Assembly (NCBI GenBank): GCA_946965045.2
Contig: OX337236.1
Coordinates: 3,038,001-3,102,000 of the forward strand
Origin: Epithemia pelagica
Lineage: Eukaryota; Protista; Bacillariophyta
Direction: 5' to 3'
Length of the DNA: 64,000 bases
The translations under genes were made by a program, and so were the position numbers. Positions 1-14,995 of this stretch are shown here, piece by piece (position 1 is the first letter of the stretch; the number at the start of each line of letters is the position of its first letter). The notes under the pieces are model-generated. The model was not told the origin of the DNA and did no database searches. It was given only the letters and a program-made list of their open reading frames with translations.

Positions 1-3
1 CAA

Positions 4-826
4 TTGGATCTTTTCTTGTCGGATCCTGTTTACAACTACCTCTACCAATATCACATTGTACGTGATGACGACGGAAATATTACTGCTTCGCGTGTTGAGT
101 TTTACTTTAACAACATAGATGTCGAAGACGTCTCCGAGCAGATAGACACTCTTTTGGAACAACGGGATCTTACTGCCCGACAAACGGTCAATGTTGATTC
201 AGCGAGATTGAGCTTTTTCAACTACGAGGAATCCTACGATATTATTGAGTTCTTCCACCGAACGAGACAATAGCTGATTCTTACCAGTATCATCGGTGTT
301 ACAGCGGTGTCTGGTTTGGCGATTCTATTCATTCCACACTGGACTGCTGTATTTTTTTGTCTTGCCTGTGATATGTCTTCTCTACGTGGATCTTTTGGGG
401 GTGCTTCAATGGGCCAATGTTGATGTGAATGCCGTGACCTACGTCAGTGTCGTTATGGCGATTGGTTTGTACGTTGATTTTATCATGCACGTCCTTCCTC
501 GATACTACGAATGCGACGGAAACCGGAAAGACAAGACCGTCGAAATGCTCCGGACGATGGGATCATCTGTTCTTGCAGGTGGAATCTCTACATTTCTGGT
601 GATCTTACCGTTGGCGCTATCTACGAGCGCTGTGTTTTATACGGTCTTCATAGCCTTTGTCAGCTTGGTCACCCTAGGAACAGGTCATGGTTTGATTCTC
701 ATCCCCGCCTTGTTGGCGACGGTCGGTCCGGAGGATAGAAATAGCTTTACAAGAGAGCAACAACCCAAATGCTGTGATGGTGTTAGCCAGCTATCCGACA
801 CATCTTCGCCAAACAATGACATGTGA
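4..826 (+). pseudogene. 3' part of a Patched/NPC1-like (sterol-sensing/RND) membrane protein gene, disrupted
   Basis: Reading through the in-frame TAG at 271-273 gives ...YDIIEFFHRTRQ*LILTSIIGVTAVSGLAILFIPHW. A +1 frameshift in the T7 run near 352-358 then leads to VDVNAVTYVSVVMAIGLYVDFIMHV...MGSSVLAGGISTF...GHGLILIPALL, which matches the Patched C-terminal TM motifs. The 5' end lies outside the window. Confidence 0.75.
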
Positions 827-1289
827 TAAAGCCATCGGAAAACAAGTGAACATCGGAACGTTCTATCTGAGCATGATTAAGATAGACTGATAGTTGCTCC
901 TGTCATCAATCTCGCAGGTGACAGTCTTGCGGATGTATTTGTTTCATTTGATGACGAGATAGCCGAGTATCAATAGACCCAACAAGCGGTTGATCTGTAG
1001 TAGACTAAGAGCCACAAAACCGCTGACCAGGTAGACAGACTGTATGATTCACAATATCTCACAATGTGTCCCTGATTATAATGTTTCTACATAAGTTCTA
1101 CCCTGCATCCTCTTGAAACATTGAAACCTTTTGAAAGGTCTATTGAGGTATACAAGAAGTTGTGCCTTCTCGGACTTGGACTTTCGTCGCGGCGCTCAAC
1201 AATATAGGAGATCGGAGGACTACTGCGACTTGGCACTGGTCCATGTCGTCTGTATTCGGTTCTCACACAATGTTCGTCATGTATGGCCT

Positions 1290-2130
1290 TCTTGTTGCGA
1301 TTGGTGTTGTTGTTGTTGGTTTGGTGCTCTCGTCATGTCGTTGTTTCACCAGTGGTAGAAGCCTTTGTCACTATTGGGAACCCGGCCTGAAATCCTATGC
1401 CATTGGACGAATGGATAAACCCACACACTTGTTTTTGGGATCGCTCCAGTATCCAGCCGGGGAAGTCTCGGACATTCCGAAACATGACGATCCGAATCAG
1501 TAAAAGGAAGAATAAGGATCTACAGCCCGTGTAGAGATTTTTTATTTCCAGTGTTGTTATGTGACATGTGACACCTACCTACATACGAGTACCAGTGAAG
1601 GAGGAAGAAGGATGGTGTTTTTACATCATGTGGAAGAGACTCCCTACAAGTGGTACGAATCAGCAGAATAGACAATATGCATAGTAATAGACGTGGTGGA
1701 GTGAATAAAGTGTGGTGGTGGTACCCCAGACGGCACTGGTTGGATTGTGTGTGTTCCCAAGAATTGTTGTCGTCGTTGTCATGGTCGTCATTGGATTTTT
1801 TTTATGCCATTTGGAACAGAGTCGTGCACTAGAGCTTTTTTCACACTTGTTTTTGGGACGCCTGGCCCATCCGCCGGGAGAGAAAACGGATATTCCCAAA
1901 TAATACTAGGTAGTCCATGGCATTCCAGGGCCGCCGGTTGTCTGTGGAGGCGGCACATGGTATGGCGGGGCAGCCGTGTGGCGAAATTCCATTGGGCCTC
2001 GAGTCGACGCGACCATGCCGATAGTGGTTGCATACTTAGTTGGGAACCAAATTTTAAATCCTATGCCATTGGACGAATGAATCGCAAATCACACTTGTTT
2101 TGGGGACGCCTGGTCCATCCACCAGATTTA
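1290..2130. repeat. Three degenerate copies of a ~90-150 bp segment
   Basis: The core TATGCCATT(T)GGA...CACACTTGTTTT(T/G)GGGA...CC(A/G)TCC recurs near 1377-1465, 1800-1880 and 2040-2125. No ORF is shared by all copies. Confidence 0.6.
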
Positions 2131-2416
2131 ACAACCCCTACTTCTCTCCAATACCACTCCCACCTATAGGTAGGTGTGAGAGGTTCCATTTCATTGTGTT
2201 GGATGTTTTCCCACTCGAATACTTGCTTTGTCGCAGTTTGCTAAACTACTCCTAGGTACTCCTACGTAATCTAGAGGAGTCAGACTACCATCTGTAGGTA
2301 GTTCCACTCACAGTTTTTGTCCTGATTCCCGGCCGATTGTGAAAGGACCAAGCAGCGACCTCTTTGGTCGCAGAATTGATTCGGATCCGTTGGGCCCAAT
2401 CATGCGTTCCACGTCC

Positions 2417-2531
2417 AACCAAAGATCGGTCATGTTAAAGACTCGTAATCATAAAGAGTGACTTTTAGGATCCTCTAGCCTAGAGGTCTATGTCTCGCTA
2501 AATCCTCGCTCACAAACGCGACCATTTCTCG
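2417..2531. repeat. Left (3') LTR-like direct repeat of the copia
   Basis: Matches 8601-8715 at 114 of 115 bases. On the minus strand it is preceded by a PPT-like GCGAGGGG but starts AC rather than TG. Confidence 0.8.
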
Positions 2532-2685
2532 GTCCCCTCGCGAATCCATAGTCCGCTTACTCTAGGGTATTCGTGCTTCATCTCTTATTCTCGTTCAGCT
2601 AGCTCCAAAACCTGCTTATAGCTCGTCTTCAATCGAGTGCAGGACGTACCCGATCCCAGAGAATCCATTCTGGTGGGAAACGCAC

Positions 2686-5600
2686 TTAATAAAGGATCAT
2701 TGATGCAAGTCTCGTTCGTTCTGTACCTGTCTGAATCTTAGTCAAAAGGTCAGCAAGGTTAGTCTTAGACGGCTCAAAGGCGATACGGCAACTTCCATTC
2801 GCAACATTCTCTCTGACAAAGTGGTAAGCAATAGCATTCGACTTCTTACGCAACACCGATTCGGGTTTTGAACTGTTGAGGACCACTGACATGTTATCAA
2901 CACGAATGTGTGCATGTCCCTCAAGTCGTACTCCCATCATCCGCAACTTATACCGTAGGCCCTTTATCATCTCGATGCCCACCTTCAATGCCATGAATTC
3001 CAAACCAAACGTCGAAGTCTCAACACTGGTTTGCTTCTTGCTATACCAGTTTACTGGAGCCCGATTCAAAAAGATGAGAACTCCTGTCCTTGAACGACGA
3101 GTTGCAAGGTCACCAGCATGATCGGCGTCAACAAACGCGGTCATTTGCACAGAACGGCCAAGAGGTTCTGGAGCATCCGGTGGTAAATCTTCCTTGGCAT
3201 CCGGATAGTGTGCACTCCCATCGGCAGTCGGCTCCTCGCCATGAATGATGTAAGAGGGGTCAAGTACTAAGCGAGAATGGTCATGCGTATTGATGTATGC
3301 AAAAATGTGAAGCATCGCATGGACATGGCCTTCCCTTGGCCCTGCAAGAAAGGCTGCCAACATTGACACTTCCGCTGTGATGTCTATCCGTCCAAGCTCG
3401 ACTAGCCATCGAAGCACACCCATTTGCTGCTGGAAGAAATTCATCCAGTCACCATCACAATACGGACTAGTATCCAGTTCTGGCCTATACCCTGAAGGTA
3501 AGACTCCAGCTGTTCTCGTCTTGAATTTCATGCCGTGCTTTTCCATCCACGTGCTTACATTGCGTATGGCTTCGCTTGCATATCTTTTTGAACTCAAGGC
3601 CCAACACCTCTTTGCACTATCACCATCGATGTCGAACGTTTCAACTTGGTTTCCAAGATATAGTTTGGGAGGGCCGATCGAATTTGGTTTCAATAAATAA
3701 TGTTGATCTAACATTGTCAAGATGTCTCGTCCCCTGTGTGAGAGCACAAGGACGTCATCGATATAAATGAAAACATACTCGTAGTATTGTGTTCCATCTG
3801 GTTTTGTTGCATGGCGTAGGTAGACGTCTGGGTCTGCTCTACACGGAGACAACCCCAAGGATTCTTGTAGGGTGATAGAGAGATGCTCACGCCGTGCAAA
3901 GGCGCTTGTCTTTAATCCGTAGAGTGCCTTGGTGATGATTGCGAATCGCCATTCAAATTCTTTGCCAAATTCCAGACCACAGCGGGTGCAAATCTTTTCA
4001 TGACAAGGCGCGTTCAGGTACGCTCCTGCAATATCGGCTGCAATGATGTCTATGTCATTGAGGGCAGCCAGAAGGAAGCCGATCCTCACACTCTCTCGAC
4101 TGACGACACTCGCGTAGGTCGGGGTTTCTGGTTCCCCTGTTTTGTGTCCGCCAGCAACATACCGAGCCTTCCGAGTGAAATCCATCTTCACATCGAAAAC
4201 GATGTGGCAAGGTATAATCTGGTGGCCAACCGGCTGTGGTGAGCCTTCATCCAAAATCTTCATGGCCGGAAAAATCTTCGACATTTCAAGTTGAAGGGCC
4301 TTAGCCCAGAAGTCGGTGCCAGTTTCCTTATCGATTTCAAGTGCACGTTCGACAGTCTTTGGTAACTCGATACCATATTTCTGAAACTTCCGCATGTACC
4401 GTGTCGAAGTCGCTGCCTTGATCAATCGGTCACGTCTCTTTAAGGTGAAATGAACCCACCAATCAAATGCCGGTTCTTTATCTATCTGGTTGGCTATCGC
4501 ATATTCTGCGACCTCTAAAGGATTTGACTCCTTGAGATCTTTTAGATGCTCCCAGCTGGAAGAGCCATCTTTCCACTGAACGCACAATGACCATCCACGT
4601 GTCGTCCTTTTCTTGTGTTCTCGCCCATTGAGCATGATCGTCCCGTTGGATGAGGTGATGGCACTCCCATCTTTCTTGTGATCTATGATCTGATCGATAA
4701 TGCGGTACCGATTTCCTTCATCATCGAGTTGCTCATAAATATTCTCCGCGATCAAATTCGCAGCATATGATTCCACATGCCCGTCCTGGAATTCTACTTC
4801 ATACATGGAAGTGTCCAGTATCGGGTTGGTTGATGCTCTCCCAATGAGCTTCCCATCCGCATCTCTCTTTCTTCTCACGACTTGTCCAGGGCGTAATGAA
4901 TCGCCTAAAGGCAGCATGACTTTGGCTGAAATCAGCTTATCGTATGAGTCGGTAGTGTACTCATCCATCTCAGGTTTTGTCACGTCCTCTTGTTCGTCAT
5001 CTTCATAGGGTTGATAATGTGGGGTTTCTGTTGCATATTCGTCGTCAACGTCGTCCCCTGGAGCGAGACCCTCCATCCTCTGGCCTAGGACTTGTCTGAG
5101 ATTGTTGTCGAATTGTTCCTTTTGTGCTTGGAAACTGGGATCATGAGACTTCTCAACTGACAAGGGCCACACTGATGTTCTGTGGATGACTTTGCCTTTG
5201 TCCGTCAATATTTTGGAACTCATGGCTTGTCCTACGCTGATACTTGGACCGAGCCAGCGCCCCAATTTTCTTCCTTCAAAGCCTGGGTTCGAATACCAGA
5301 CCGGGTCATACCACTGATGCTCTATCAAGTGGGAGATATCAGGGGTGTCCCCTGTTAGAGTCTTCATTGGAGGCCCGTCCAGATGTGGACTAGAAGATAA
5401 GACGGTATGTGAACGTCGTCTTGCCACCAATTCCAAACAATGGTCCCACAGGACTGCCGGAGAATTCGCTCGCCTCATCTCTCTTCGGTACATTCTTTTA
5501 AGTTCCCGGATGTTAGCCTCAGCTAAATTTTGGTTGGGCGTCCACGCCTCTATCGGATGGATTTTGCACCCGTATTTGTATGCCGTCTTCCGAAAATTGC

Positions 5601-6666
5601 CTGTTGTGAGTTCTGGCGCATTGTCTGGGATCACGCTGTTAAAGATGCCAAATTCATCGAAGACACGCTCCAATGTCGTATACGCCTCTTTCTTCTTCTG
5701 CATAGCGTAAAATTGGACCCAGCCAAAATCCGTGGCATATACTTGGCCACAAGTATTCTGTCCCAAAGACTTGACATCCGAGAAGAGAGTGTCAGTGTAG
5801 ACATCTGCTCTTAGTCTGCGGTGCTTGAGTTGGTAAGCGGTGTGTTTGAGCCGCTTGCTCCCGATAGATTCCGAGAAATCTCGAACTCCCAACTGAGTAG
5901 TTTGTTGGTACGTTTTCTCGGCCATGGGAATCCCAATTCCCCATCGTTTTGAAAGCGTGATGGGATCAACAGTCCCCTTTCGCCCATGCCGCATGTCGGC
6001 AATGACTCTTGAGTTGACCCGGACTGTGGCTGCCATTCTCTTATGCAACTCTCTTGGTCCTTTATTTCTTATCTGGTCGGACTCAACATAGGTTCTGAGT
6101 TTCCTTTCATTGACGTCTTCCGTCAAGTCATTCGGATTCCACTCAGGATCAGAGTTGGTCATGTCGATCCGGTTTGAGGGATCAATTTCTTTGATCTCAT
6201 CCCAGCTTGGCTTACGAACCGTGAAGCCACTTATTACTCCTGTCAACTGAAAAGGGATCTTCATTTTCCCGTTTCCATCATTCAGTGGTGCGATTAGGGA
6301 ATGTGACGTTCCTGTCCTGTTTTCTTCCTTGATGTATTTCAAGGGAACGTCATTTATTTCTATCCCTGCCTCCCGCATTTGATTCGGGTTTAGAAGGCAC
6401 TTCTGCATCATTGGCAGATGCAAAGCTTGATGAAAGTAAAGCAAGTATGTTTCTCCTGATTCCGGGTCATCATATGCCACGACACCGGTCACAATTGGAG
6501 TCTCCTTGATACTTCCCAACGTATTTGTGAAACCACTAACTTTAGCATTGCCCGTTTCATGGAGTACAAGGCAAATGCTTCCGAGACAGCATGTATCTGC
6601 GTGGCTGTCAAGCTCGCATTGAGCTGTAGTGGCCACAATGTCGCTCGAGACTCCTTGGATGGAGTG
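2686..6666 (-). CDS. pol: Copia Pol polyprotein (protease-integrase-RT-RNase H)
   Basis: Motifs: ELDSHADT (protease); YTDT..., IPDNAPE and NLAE (integrase DDE); AADIAGAYLNA and YIDD (RT); FVDADHAGD and VDNMSV (RNase H). No ATG at the start; the frame directly follows the gag TGA. Some normally conserved residues look mutated (e.g. AFARREHL, STFGLEF). Confidence 0.93.
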   Translation of the reverse strand, partial: HSIQGVSSDIVATTAQCELDSHADTCCLGSICLVLHETGNAKVSGFTNTLGSIKETPIVTGVVAYDDPESGETYLLYFHQALHLPMMQKCLLNPNQMREAGIEINDVPLKYIKEENRTGTSHSLIAPLNDGNGKMKIPFQLTGVISGFTVRKPSWDEIKEIDPSNRIDMTNSDPEWNPNDLTEDVNERKLRTYVESDQIRNKGPRELHKRMAATVRVNSRVIADMRHGRKGTVDPITLSKRWGIGIPMAEKTYQQTTQLGVRDFSESIGSKRLKHTAYQLKHRRLRADVYTDTLFSDVKSLGQNTCGQVYATDFGWVQFYAMQKKKEAYTTLERVFDEFGIFNSVIPDNAPELTTGNFRKTAYKYGCKIHPIEAWTPNQNLAEANIRELKRMYRREMRRANSPAVLWDHCLELVARRRSHTVLSSSPHLDGPPMKTLTGDTPDISHLIEHQWYDPVWYSNPGFEGRKLGRWLGPSISVGQAMSSKILTDKGKVIHRTSVWPLSVEKSHDPSFQAQKEQFDNNLRQVLGQRMEGLAPGDDVDDEYATETPHYQPYEDDEQEDVTKPEMDEYTTDSYDKLISAKVMLPLGDSLRPGQVVRRKRDADGKLIGRASTNPILDTSMYEVEFQDGHVESYAANLIAENIYEQLDDEGNRYRIIDQIIDHKKDGSAITSSNGTIMLNGREHKKRTTRGWSLCVQWKDGSSSWEHLKDLKESNPLEVAEYAIANQIDKEPAFDWWVHFTLKRRDRLIKAATSTRYMRKFQKYGIELPKTVERALEIDKETGTDFWAKALQLEMSKIFPAMKILDEGSPQPVGHQIIPCHIVFDVKMDFTRKARYVAGGHKTGEPETPTYASVVSRESVRIGFLLAALNDIDIIAADIAGAYLNAPCHEKICTRCGLEFGKEFEWRFAIITKALYGLKTSAFARREHLSITLQESLGLSPCRADPDVYLRHATKPDGTQYYEYVFIYIDDVLVLSHRGRDILTMLDQHYLLKPNSIGPPKLYLGNQVETFDIDGDSAKRCWALSSKRYASEAIRNVSTWMEKHGMKFKTRTAGVLPSGYRPELDTSPYCDGDWMNFFQQQMGVLRWLVELGRIDITAEVSMLAAFLAGPREGHVHAMLHIFAYINTHDHSRLVLDPSYIIHGEEPTADGSAHYPDAKEDLPPDAPEPLGRSVQMTAFVDADHAGDLATRRSRTGVLIFLNRAPVNWYSKKQTSVETSTFGLEFMALKVGIEMIKGLRYKLRMMGVRLEGHAHIRVDNMSVVLNSSKPESVLRKKSNAIAYHFVRENVANGSCRIAFEPSKTNLADLLTKIQTGTERTRLASMILY

Positions 6667-8151
6667 TCAGATTCGTTCTTTGCCTCTATTTTTGCGTTGA
6701 CTCATGATGGCTCCAATTCCGGCATCTCTTGCTTCATTCTGGTCATCTTCACTAGATGAGTGACTTTCATCAGTCGTCGAGGTCGACGAACCATCGTTAT
6801 TCTTCTTCTTCTTGCTCCCTGACGAGACTGCTGATGCAGTACGCTTCTTTGTGCTGCTATTCTTGGCATCACGAGTTTCCCGGACAAGCTGTTGCTGTTC
6901 CTTGGACAGTTTAATCCATTCTTTATAAGGGAAGTACCGATTCGGGTTGAAGGATTTGTTACCATTCTTTCCATTCCCATTCCCGTTGTTCTTATTTCCT
7001 TTATTGTTCACGTGCACGGCTGAGATACGTGCTTTCCTGGTAGTGGCGCTATAGGAGACCTTGTTGTCAAGGACCTCGGCCATATAATTTGATGCCAATT
7101 CAAAAGATGTACGTAGATTTGGCGTTGCCAGAATTTGATTCTTGGCACTCTCCAAACGAGGGTCGTGAATTCCTGTAAGAAGCACTCGAATCTTCCTTTC
7201 AGTACTGACCAATTCTCCAGTTGATTCTAAATCAGTGAAGGCTCGCTGGAGCTGTTCGGTGTACCTTTCGTAGGTAAAGTTACGTCTGGTTCCGTCGTAA
7301 TAACTTGTTTCAAGGGTCTGGTCCGCTTTAGCACGCAACCTTGTTTGGTATGCGTCACCCAAATAGTGGCTTTTCAATGCTAAATATGCAGCACGTCCAC
7401 TTCTTGCTCGACTGTAGGATTGCACCCATCCCCATCCAGGTCCTCCATGCGTAATATGGCGGACAACATCCCATACGGCTTCATTATCTGTGAGGGCTGT
7501 CGGCCCGGAATGGGGAGCACGACGGATTTATTCATGGAGGTGAGAAGGCGTCGCATAACCTGGGTCAAGGTCGTCAGTTGGAATGGTTTGAATCATTCTG
7601 GTATAAGCAGCAAGAGGAATGCCTGTCACGCCTCTCTTCCGTTCCAAGTAGTCATCTAGATTTTCAAGGACACTTCGAATGTTCTCGACAGCTGTGAGGC
7701 GCTCAGGAAGTTCAATGTCGTTGTCATATTCCTCCTCACTTTCTTTGAATCGATAGAGGGCTTGGAGATTCTCCAGACTAGCAGAGTTGGCTGCTGGGTC
7801 AAAGGTACGTGAGATCTTGGTGAGATGCTGGATGTAATATTGCAGCATTTTGAGACGCTTCTCAATGACATGTCCAACGAGAACTCCAGGGTTTTGAATC
7901 GTCGTTGGGATGCCTGCAACTGGGTTAGCCGCATTGTAAGCAGGGTTTGGGATCGTACCCCCTGGCTTACGGGCATTGGTACAAATTTCGGCGATATCAT
8001 TTTCCGACAGGCGTTGGAAATTGCTGATGGAAGTTAGTCCTTGTCCATTCAAAGCATCCCGGACGCTCTGGTTGTTGATAAGGAGAGTGTTCTGCAAGTA
8101 ATCGTTGAGGATTTCAAGCGGAGTTGGAGGAGCTGGAGGTGCGGCGTCCAT
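6667..8151 (-). pseudogene. gag: Copia gag with one in-frame premature stop
   Basis: ORFs 7528-8151 and 6667-7425 share a frame. Reading through the TAA at 7528-7530 gives ...LHE*IRAPHSGPTALTDNEAVWDVVRHITHGGPGWGWVQSYSRARSGRAAYLALKSHYLG, typical of diatom copia Gag. Confidence 0.85.
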
Positions 8152-8600
8152 GGTTAGCTTTCAATTTGCAATACTTGTTGGTATTCTTTCAGACTTTCAC
8201 GTATTCGGAAGAGTGAACGATCCTCATCTTTTGGGATTGTCATGTGAGCGATTGAAAGGTAGAAAGCATGCACAGCTGCATTATCGTCCCGCGTCACATA
8301 AGTGATATTTGTTATCGCTGGGTCGCATGGCAGGCTTCTCTTTTCAACGGCAAAGATTGGCGCGTCCGCCATTGCCCAGGAGTGTGCGCATCGCAGACCA
8401 CACTCCTTCACTAGTCCGGTCTGGCTCCGTTGCAAGTCAGATATTCTACGAGACTAGTGGAACAACCTCAAGGTTGACCATATGGGCGGATCATAGGGAC
8501 ATACTTAGTCCGATCCAGATATTTTTACTACCTTCCCAGGCCATTGTGCAAGCTTAGCTTTCTCATCCTTTCGTCATGGCTCAGAGTCTTGGGTCTGATA

Positions 8601-8717
8601 AACCAAAGATCGGTCATGTTAAAGACTCGTAATCATAAAGAGTGACTATTAGGATCCTCTAGCCTAGAGGTCTATGTCTCGCTAAATCCTCGCTCACAAA
8701 CGCGACCATTTCTCGCA
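8601..8717. repeat. Right (5') LTR-like direct repeat of the copia
   Basis: Same repeat, ending in CA at 8716-8717. A TG...CA unit would be 8617-8717 (101 bp). Confidence 0.8.
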
Positions 8718-9146
8718 ACTTTTGTTGGTACACTGAAAAGGATGCGTTGGAGCCCCCAATAATAGACGCGCCGGGTGGTGATTCGATTCAAACACTCGCA
8801 ATCGCAACCGCAACGTTGGACGACAAGAGACAAAACGACGAGTGTGTAGCACAGTTGTGAGAAAAGAACATACCATGCCACGGGTGCAGTTATGGTGTCT
8901 CTTCTCCATCTCGCTCGCTGCTCTGTCCAAGTCACACGCCCGCTTGTCAAGTCCCCCCAACACAAAAAAGAACAACAACAAGACATTCGATGAAACTTGC
9001 CGGAAGAAGGGAACGAGAACCACAACTCTCTCTCGCAAACGACACGCACACATTTTTGGGTGTCTGCGTGTGGACTCCAAACGGTTTTATTTGGTTGTGG
9101 AGAGGTTCGAGTGTGGAACCAAAAGCGTCGGTAGGATTGATACACC

Positions 9147-9561
9147 ATGAGCTCAATGACTCAAGCTCCACAAGAACAAGAAACAACAAAGGAAGGAATC
9201 CTCATTGATTTGGAACAACAAGAACGCATGGAGGAGGACCAGCCGATCCACATGGTTCCTGCACAACTAGAACAACCAGAAGGGATCCTGATTGAGTTAC
9301 ACCAAGAAACCATTCTGGAGAAGGAGAGAAAGGAGATCCGCAATGACCCAAACGGGGACGGCGACCAGAAGAAGAAGAAACGCCATTGGAAGTTGAAAGA
9401 CCGATGCGAGTACGGTGAGCACCACCACGACCAGTCAAACCACGACTCGGTCTCCTCCTCCTGGAAGTAGTACTACTAGCATCATCAGTGCCTCCTCGCT
9501 GTCACACCACCATGCCGCAGCCGCAGTCGGCGACTACCATTGGTCCTCGGGAGGGATGTAG
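9147..9561 (+). pseudogene. Probable 5' fragment of a host gene cut by the recombinase element
   Basis: ATG-started E/Q-rich ORF followed by frameshifted low-complexity coding-like sequence. It ends at the GATGTAG repeat and continues in frame at 16991. Confidence 0.4.
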
Positions 9562-10371
9562 GATCCCTGCACGTGCCTATTTTCTATAGCCCATTTTGTA
9601 CTGTACTCGGTTTTTAATTTTAGTGTACGTATGTATTTTAGCGGTCGTGGGAAATTCCGAGCGTAAAACCAGGGTCACAAAATGGATCGAAACGCAACCG
9701 AAACAACGAGAGAAACCGTAGTGAAAGAACCAAGGAACAGAGGCAGCAAGAAACATGACAATCAAACAAGCGAGGCAATAAGCACAACAGCGAGGAAAAG
9801 CAAACATCAATCAACCAAAAAGGGCGGCCAAGGCAATAGAAGCAACAAACATCAAGAAGCAGCATGACAGAACAGCAGAGCAAAAAACAAAGGTAAAGCG
9901 ACAGCAGAAGCATCAAGAGAGACAAGCAAAGCATCAAACAAAGAATCCAAAAGCGATGCAACAATCAACCAAGACAAATAGCAAAGCAGCAATCAACCAA
10001 AGGCAAAAACCAGCGCAATAAGCCAAGAAAGGCAAGAACCAACAATAGAAACAGAGACGACGAAAATGAAACAAACAACAATCAACCAAATACAGAAACA
10101 CAGAAGCATAACCAACAACAAAACAGAATGAATCAAAGAGCAGACCGAGAGAAAAGAGAATCAAGACAAAGGTTAGAGATGCATTGGTAATGGGAATGGT
10201 TGCAACAATCAAAAAGAGCGAAGAAAACACTTACATATTGAAGCGATCTACACGAAGAGCTCAAGCAACAATCTGCAATGAAAAGGAAGTAGTGAGAACA
10301 AAGAAAAGACGAGACAACAATCAAACACAGAAAACTTACCTAGTTCAGTAGTATCGTCCACCATGGTGGTG

Positions 10372-14263
<3,892 letters not shown>

Positions 14264-14446
14264 GGTGGCAACTCAACAATCAAATGGATGAGGAAATGAC
14301 GACGACGACAACAACAACAACAACGCCTACAACGATGCCTCTCACATTTTCAAAGACAGCCCTATGTAGCACCTAAGTATTTCGTTTGCCCCTAAATAGT
14401 GAGACGCTATGTGATCTTCTGTTCCTAAATAGTGAGATCCTAAGTG

Positions 14447-14576
14447 TTGTAAGTAATTTCCCCCAATAAGTGACTACATAGACTAAGTAGAGCAACGACT
14501 TTGAAAAATCATTGTAAGTAATTTCCCCCAATAAGTGACTACATAGACTAAGTAGAGCAACGACCTTGAAAAATCA
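14447..14576. repeat. Two tandem 65-bp repeats upstream of the YR gene
   Basis: 14447-14511 and 14512-14576 differ at one base. A shorter related repeat, CCTAAATAGTGAGA, occurs near 14391 and 14424. Confidence 0.95.
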
Positions 14577-14766
14577 ACGGAGGAAAAGCCCAACAAATTT
14601 TAATTCTGTGTGACACATACATCCCCCCTCGGACGCAACGGAAGCGCACGACATCTGCTCCTTGTCGTGATTCTCGTCGGGGGCACTTCTCGGAGGCCTA
14701 ACTCCTCGGCGGGCAATAGGTCCTCGTCGTGTACTGCCCCAAATCCGCTTATAGCGGATTTGTTGG

Positions 14767-14979
14767 TGCGGTACCCGGACTCTGTCCCGCCACGACTCCA
14801 CGTAAACATGACTCGATAGGTCCCTAGTTGAATCTGTGACATCTTTGACACCGACGTTCTCAGAATTCAGTCCGTCCTTGTCCCGTGTGCAGATGGCTTC
14901 TCTGGCCATCGCTCACTTTCCTAGCCTAATTCCTAAAGATCATAATTTTTACGTCCTACCATTATGCATGGGTATGGCA
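14767..14979 (+). repeat. 5' LTR of the gypsy
   Basis: TGCGGTACC...GGTATGGCA, identical to 16682-16894. Confidence 0.96.
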
Positions 14980-14995
14980 CTCTGAGTTCCGCTCC

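Larger units (their letters stand above)
2417..8717 (-). mobile_element. Ty1/copia LTR retrotransposon (CoDi-like), degenerating
   Basis: gag then PR-IN-RT-RH on the minus strand (copia domain order), between 115-bp direct repeats. No target-site duplication found. Confidence 0.92.

Noticed and set aside
9590-9676. Weak inverted repeat near the left end of the YR element (CCATTTTGT/ACAAAATGG, GGTTTT/AAAACC)
   Set aside because: Short, AT-rich stems without the regular loop motif; could be chance.
14447-14576. CRISPR-like or prokaryotic iteron array
   Set aside because: Only two adjacent copies, no spacers, no cas or rep genes, and a eukaryotic context.
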